Origin: Candidatus Poribacteria bacterium
Lineage (GTDB): Bacteria > Poribacteria > WGA-4E > PCPOR2b
Reading direction: 5' to 3'
Assembly (NCBI GenBank): GCA_965198175.1
Contig: OZ240245.1
Location: 2,560,001 to 2,624,000 of the forward strand
DNA length: 64,000 nucleotides
Under the pieces are notes generated by a model. The model ran no database searches, had not been told where the DNA came from, and saw only the letters and a list, made by a program, of their open reading frames with translations. A program made the translations under genes and the position numbers. Below are positions 59,901-64,000 of this stretch, piece after piece. How positions within the stretch are numbered: the stretch's first letter is position 1; each line of letters begins with the position of its first letter.

Positions 59901-62262
59901 TAATCAAAACACCGCTGCTACATCAAAAACCGTGACTGTCAGTGTGGATACGACTTCACCGGACGTCACCGTTTCTGTACCATCAGGTGTGCAGAATAGT
60001 GCATTTAATGCAACGATAACGTTTACGGAACCGGTATCAGGGTTTGTGCGATCAGAGGTATCTCTGAGTGGTAGTGCAGCCAGCATCACGTCGTGGCGTG
60101 CTAACAGCGGTAACACCGTCTACACAGCGACAATAACCCCGACAGCAAGTGGTACTGTGACGATAGGTGTTGCTGCAAATGTTGCCACCGATGCAGCAAA
60201 TAATCAAAATACCGCTTCTACCTCACAAACAGTTACCATTGATGTTGATGCTCCCACAGTAACTATCGGTGCGCCATCGGGGACGGAGAATGGTGCATTT
60301 GATGCGACGATAACGTTCTCGGAGACGGTATCGGGCTTTGTGCAATCAGATGTATCTCTAAGCGGTAGCGCAGCGAGTATCACGGCATGGAATGCTAATA
60401 CAGCCAACACCGTGTACACTGCCACTATTACACCAACGGCAAGTGGTACTATAACGGTTGGTGTCGCTGCAAATGTTGCAACCGATGCTGCGAATAATCC
60501 CAACACCGCCGCAACATCAAAAACCGTCACGACACTAGTTGTACAACTCCAGCAGGTGGATGCGACTTCACCGGGCGTCACTATTTCTGTGCCATCGGAG
60601 ACGCAGAACGGTGCGTTTGATGTGACAATCACGTTCACGGAAACAGTATGGGGTTTTGTGCAATCGGATGTATCTCTGAGCGGTAGTGCGGCGAGTATCA
60701 CGTCGTGGAGTGCTAACAGTGATAGCACCGTCTACACAGCGACGATAACCCCGACAGCCAGTGGCACCGTGACGATTGGCGTGGCTGCGAATGTCGCAAA
60801 CAATGCGGAAGGTAATCCAAATCTTGTTGCAACTCCACAAACTGTGAGCATAGACGTTGACAGTCTAGGGGTTAGCATCTCTGTGAACAGTTATAATACG
60901 TCTGGGTATGGAGCTTCTATATCTCCTGTTGTGGATGCTATACCTCTTGTGATGGTTACGTTCACCGAACCCGTGAAACGAGATGAGTTTGATCCAAGGT
61001 CAGCATTGACATTCTCTGGGGCAACGGTGACCATTAACATAGCGGCACCAATGAGTGACCGATGCAGTGAAGTAACAGTGGATAAACAAACAATTAGGCT
61101 TTGTAGTCAGTGGCTTTATGATCTGACAGTAACAGAGAGTGGAGAGTTGACATTCAACATTGCTGCAGGTGTCGCACAGGATCTGGCAGGCAACTCAAAC
61201 ACGGCTGCCACAGCTCTAACGGTCACCGCTGATATCGATCGACCTGAGATTTCACGCGTGACTGTCCCTTCGGGTCCACAAACGGGTGAGTTTAATATGA
61301 CAATTGAGTTCACGGAACCTGTTTCGCCCGGTAGTACTACAGTTTTATCGGGTTACCTGAGCGCATCAAGTTCCGATCTGACCATATCAAGAAGTCCGGC
61401 AGGGCTATCTTATAGTGCAACATTTACGGATGAAAGAGTGGATAGAACAACCTATATTCTGACACTTAGGCCCGATGATGGGAGATGGTCTATGGATGGA
61501 AAGATTAGGATCGCCGCTATTTCCAGTGATACTGTAAAAGATGCAGCACGCAACTTAAACCTACAGCAATCGCTATCAGAGTCAGTATCACCTTACGTTT
61601 CGGTTTTTAGATACAGTCCGTATGACTTGGACAAGGATGATGATGTGGATATTGATGATGCGAAAATTGTTGTGCAAGCGATTGGACAAAGTGGTAATGA
61701 CATAACAGATCCACGCACGGATATCAATGGTGATGGAACCGTGAATAACGACGACTTGCTGCTTGTGATTGACAACTATGGCGAGGTATGGTCCGAGGCT
61801 CCGGCAAGCGGAGAGACGTTCACGCTTTTAGATAAGGAAACGCTTGAGACGCTGGACCCCGCAGCGTTAGAGGCGCAACTTGAAATCTTACGTGTTGAAA
61901 GTGATGGTTCGCTTAAATACCAGCGGGCAATTGCGTTGCTCGAAAACCTTTTGGCAGGCATACGTCCAGACGAAACGCGCTTGCTAGCGAACTATCCAAA
62001 TCCGTTCAACCCGGAGACGTGGATACCCTATCATCTGGCAAACGACACCGATGTGCGGATCTCGATCTACGACATCAACGGTGCGTTGGTACGTCAATTG
62101 GATTTGGGTTATCAGCAGGCAGGGTATTACACCACTCGGAGCCGCGCCGTGTATTGGGATGGGCGTAACGAATTCGGCGATTGGGTCGCAAGTGGTATCT
62201 ATTTCTACCAGTTGCACACAGACAATTTGTCCCTTCTGCGAAAGATGGTAATTCTGAAATAG
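56995..62262 (+). CDS. Large surface protein: signal peptide, internalin-like LRRs, 11+2 Ig-like repeats, dockerin/EF-hand-like motif, C-terminal sorting domain
   Basis: WMPDANLR LRR cap; about 98-aa TITFxExVSGF repeats; DLDKDDDVDIDD / DINGDGTVNNDD; LLANYPNPFNPETWIPY...RKMVILK. Confidence 0.92.
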   Translation: MKKFYIPLMILTLFSNNIYSASASDAADWMPDANLRDAVRKSLGLANNEDLTQAKMLDLTELRAAGRGISNLTGLEHATNVTIVRLAGNQISNISPLSVLTSVTKLRLQGNEITSVTSLSDLTNLTELFLNDNQIADVTPLTKLSRLVTLRLANNAITNAHVLSSLTNLNSVDISIPDPPQDSSVKADPLPPETLVDAEPPSVSISVPSGVQNGAFNATITFTETVSGFAGSDVSLTGSAASITSWSANSDNTVYTGTITPTASGTVTIGVAADVATDGANNSNTAATSQSVTVDVDRPTVTIGVPSGTQTGAFDATITFSESVSGFTQSDVSLTGSAASITGWRASSNSTVYTATITPTASGTVTIGVAANVATDAADNQNTAANSKNVTVSVDTTAPGVSLAVPSGVQNGAFAVTITFTETVSGFTQSDVSLAGGAASITSWNANSDDTVYTATITPSASGTVTIDVAANVATDAANNQNTAATSKTVTVDVDKPTVTIGAPSGTQTGAFDATITFSESVSGFTQSDVSLSSSAASITGWSADSDDTVYTATITPSASGTVTIGVAANVATDAANNQNTAATSKTVTVDVDKPTVSISVPSGVQNGAFSVTITFTETVSGFAGSDVSLTGSAASITSWSANSDNTVYTGTITPTASGTVTIGVAADVATDGANNSNTAATSQSVTVDVDRPTVTIGVPSGTQAGAFDATMTFAETVSGFAGSDVSLTGSAASITGWRANSDNTVYTVTITPTASGTVTIGVAANVASDAANNQNTAATSKNVTVDVDKPTVTIGVPSGVQNSAFNVSVTFTEAVSGFTQSDLSVGGTASASVTAWSGTRNTTYTATITPTSSGTVTLNVAAGVAADAANNSNTAATSQTVRIDVDAPSVSITVPTDEQTGAFDATITFMETVSGFVGSDVSLTGSSASITSWSANSDDTVYTATITPTASGTMTIGVAANVATDDANNQNTAATSKTVTVSVDTTSPDVTVSVPSGVQNSAFNATITFTEPVSGFVRSEVSLSGSAASITSWRANSGNTVYTATITPTASGTVTIGVAANVATDAANNQNTASTSQTVTIDVDAPTVTIGAPSGTENGAFDATITFSETVSGFVQSDVSLSGSAASITAWNANTANTVYTATITPTASGTITVGVAANVATDAANNPNTAATSKTVTTLVVQLQQVDATSPGVTISVPSETQNGAFDVTITFTETVWGFVQSDVSLSGSAASITSWSANSDSTVYTATITPTASGTVTIGVAANVANNAEGNPNLVATPQTVSIDVDSLGVSISVNSYNTSGYGASISPVVDAIPLVMVTFTEPVKRDEFDPRSALTFSGATVTINIAAPMSDRCSEVTVDKQTIRLCSQWLYDLTVTESGELTFNIAAGVAQDLAGNSNTAATALTVTADIDRPEISRVTVPSGPQTGEFNMTIEFTEPVSPGSTTVLSGYLSASSSDLTISRSPAGLSYSATFTDERVDRTTYILTLRPDDGRWSMDGKIRIAAISSDTVKDAARNLNLQQSLSESVSPYVSVFRYSPYDLDKDDDVDIDDAKIVVQAIGQSGNDITDPRTDINGDGTVNNDDLLLVIDNYGEVWSEAPASGETFTLLDKETLETLDPAALEAQLEILRVESDGSLKYQRAIALLENLLAGIRPDETRLLANYPNPFNPETWIPYHLANDTDVRISIYDINGALVRQLDLGYQQAGYYTTRSRAVYWDGRNEFGDWVASGIYFYQLHTDNLSLLRKMVILK

Positions 62263-62518
62263 TGTCAAATGACCTCTTATGTCAAACACAGTAGCTGCGA
62301 TTTTTTACAACCGCACCTTCTCTAACTACGCTAATGTCGGTAGCGTATACCCCGAAACTTCCATACAAAATCCATAAAATTTCTTTTTTGTTTTAACGGA
62401 TAATTCGCATAATTGTGCTTTAGAACCCGCACCACGTATGGGTTTATAGCACAACACAACCTTTGATTTACGGACACCAATTTCTTATAAAATTGTAACA
62501 TTTAAGGAGGCTGCTTCC

Positions 62519-63058
62519 ATGAAGTTAGCAGAGAAACATAAACAATTCGCCGTTAGACGCATTGCAAGATTTATGAAAGTCCAAGATATAGTTAAGGAAT
62601 TCATGGAGGAGTTTGAGGACGATTTATACGAAATTTTCAGTGATTTCTCCGCACCGCATGAACAACGTGTAAGACTGTCTTCTTTGTTTCGCAGGCTAAA
62701 CATAAAACACTCCCAATTCCCTGAGAAGTATAGGAGCCTATTTAATGAAGAACGGGAAAAATTCCTCGCCGATTACCGCGACACATCGCTTCACATACCC
62801 GACAACGTGACACGCGAATTAGAGGCACTCTACGGATTAACGCGCGAACTCGCCTATGAGCAACGAGAAGCCAAGTACATTACCCTGGCGTTACAGATAC
62901 TCAAAACCATCGTCACATGCAACGCTGTCAACGCACAAGAAGAGGTCGTTGAAATAACACCCGAGGCAGCGAAGCAACTCACAACCACAGCGAAGACCCT
63001 CACCGGTCAAGTGAACAAGGAGTCCAAACGATTGGCAAACATGGCAAACCAGAACTAA
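62519..63058 (+). CDS. Hypothetical protein resembling phage DUF2280
   Basis: Pattern LxxxxKxFxVxxxAxF...EEF...KYxxLFxxxRxxFL...LAxQIL; AAGGAGG RBS. Confidence 0.55.
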   Translation: MKLAEKHKQFAVRRIARFMKVQDIVKEFMEEFEDDLYEIFSDFSAPHEQRVRLSSLFRRLNIKHSQFPEKYRSLFNEEREKFLADYRDTSLHIPDNVTRELEALYGLTRELAYEQREAKYITLALQILKTIVTCNAVNAQEEVVEITPEAAKQLTTTAKTLTGQVNKESKRLANMANQN

Positions 63059-63073
63059 ATGAAAAGTAGTTTT

Positions 63074-63475
63074 GTAGCTCTTGTAGGTTGGGTAGAGATC
63101 AACTGAGCGGATAGATCAAGTGACCGAATAGGGAACGCGATAGAGATCCTAAGCGATAGTTTTTTCCGCCCATCATATCATCTCAGGTGAGCGTACGGCT
63201 ATGTTTGTTGATTGAGTTTAAGATTCGTGTGTGTAGATCAACTAAGTGAATAACGTAGGATCAAACGAGCGAATAGCGAGCACGACAGCTTTTGCAGTTT
63301 TTGTAGGTTGGGTAGAGCGGTGATGATGAAACATGTGGATTACGACGAATCTGTCTGTTGGCCAATTGAATTCGATTTATTGTTGGATGAAGCGAAACCC
63401 AACGCTCTTGAAACGTCCGGACGACCAAAACCCGTTGGGTTTCACCGTTGGCTCAACCCAACCTACAAGAGCTAC
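63074..63475. repeat. Composite REPIN/MITE-like element with 24-bp terminal inverted repeats
   Basis: GTAGCTCTTGTAGGTTGGGTAGAG ... CTCAACCCAACCTACAAGAGCTAC (23/24); internal REP at 63301. Confidence 0.8.
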
Positions 63476-63795
63476 CAACCCCATTCGGTGAAATAGAGGA
63501 AGATTCGATAGACATGCTGCCCCCGAATCTCGCCGAAGATTGTCCATAAACTGCCGATAACGTGTTGTCCCAAGATAATTCCGATAAAGAACGGCACCAC
63601 GCGCCGATAGAGTTGGATGCCGTCGAACTTCAGAATCGCCCACTTAATCAGCCACGCGACGCCTACCTTGCGGGAACGTCAAGGGTAAAAGATAAAACAC
63701 GCGATACCAAACGGTCCTGCCCTATTAAAACCCTTGATATGCCGTCGAAAAAGTCCTAACATTATCACTTTGGGAATTTTGTGTTCTTTTGGCTC

Positions 63796-64000
63796 CTAAT
63801 CACGCAAACCGTCAATTACCATCCTCATCTCTATAGCACTCTTTAAGGATTTGTTACCGTCCTCTTCTGCTAGTTTAAGTGCAGTTTCATAGTCCGATTC
63901 AGCCTGCTCCACTCTATGAAGATAGGTGTTCGCTTTAGCACGGTTGAAATAAGAACGAGCCCTTTCTGGTTCGAGTTGTACCGCCTTATCCAAGTCGTTA
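63796..64000 (-). CDS. TPR protein, C-terminal part; truncated by the window edge
   Basis: DKAVQLEPERARSYFNRAKA...AESDYETALKL. Confidence 0.75.
   Translation of the reverse strand, partial: NDLDKAVQLEPERARSYFNRAKANTYLHRVEQAESDYETALKLAEEDGNKSLKSAIEMRMVIDGLRD

Noticed and set aside
57393..61313. Periodic minus-strand ORFs of about 96 aa
   Set aside because: Antisense shadows of the adhesin's Ig repeats
56628..62262. Diversity-generating retroelement TR/VR pair (sorting-domain copies)
   Set aside because: Differences are not adenine-specific and no reverse transcriptase is present; the same holds for the recombinase copies
63575..63608. Third lox-like site (ATAATTCCGATA...)
   Set aside because: Only an 8-nt half-arm match, with no opposing arm or matching core
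45735..63759. Short ORFs within repeat tracts (e.g. 45735, 47255, 50686, 50784, 51371, 54584, 63308)
   Set aside because: They are translations of REP/tandem repeats without coding signals

Overview
Bacterial window, probably Candidatus Poribacteria or a similar diderm lineage. This is inferred from gene content: a 'YPNPFNPETWIPY...RKMVILK' C-terminal sorting domain, a PorV-like barrel, PhyH-family genes and a PSD1/DUF1501 pair. Positions 1-45.5 kb are gene-dense and mostly housekeeping or metabolic (fdhD, lpdA, queC, infA, cysteine synthase, rlmN, gatB, moaD/E, pncB, nfi, TolC/MFP, GT9, recG). From about 45.7 kb the sequence becomes accessory and rich in GTAG-type REP/REPIN-like repeats and tandem arrays (134-bp x2, 115-bp x5). 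The best candidate for an undescribed system is at 51.5-62.3 kb. An intact Cre-like tyrosine recombinase has a 34-bp loxP-like site (13-8-13) overlapping its own promoter. A degenerate, inverted second site with the same 6-bp core lies 272 bp away, so the segment between them may be an invertible promoter serving either the recombinase or a giant LRR/Ig-repeat adhesin. Two further 5'-truncated copies of the recombinase 3' end, each cut at a REP, bracket a HEPN-like/FRG/TPR cargo gene. No rRNA, tRNA or CRISPR array was recognised. All family calls come from motif recognition by eye, and identities were counted by hand.
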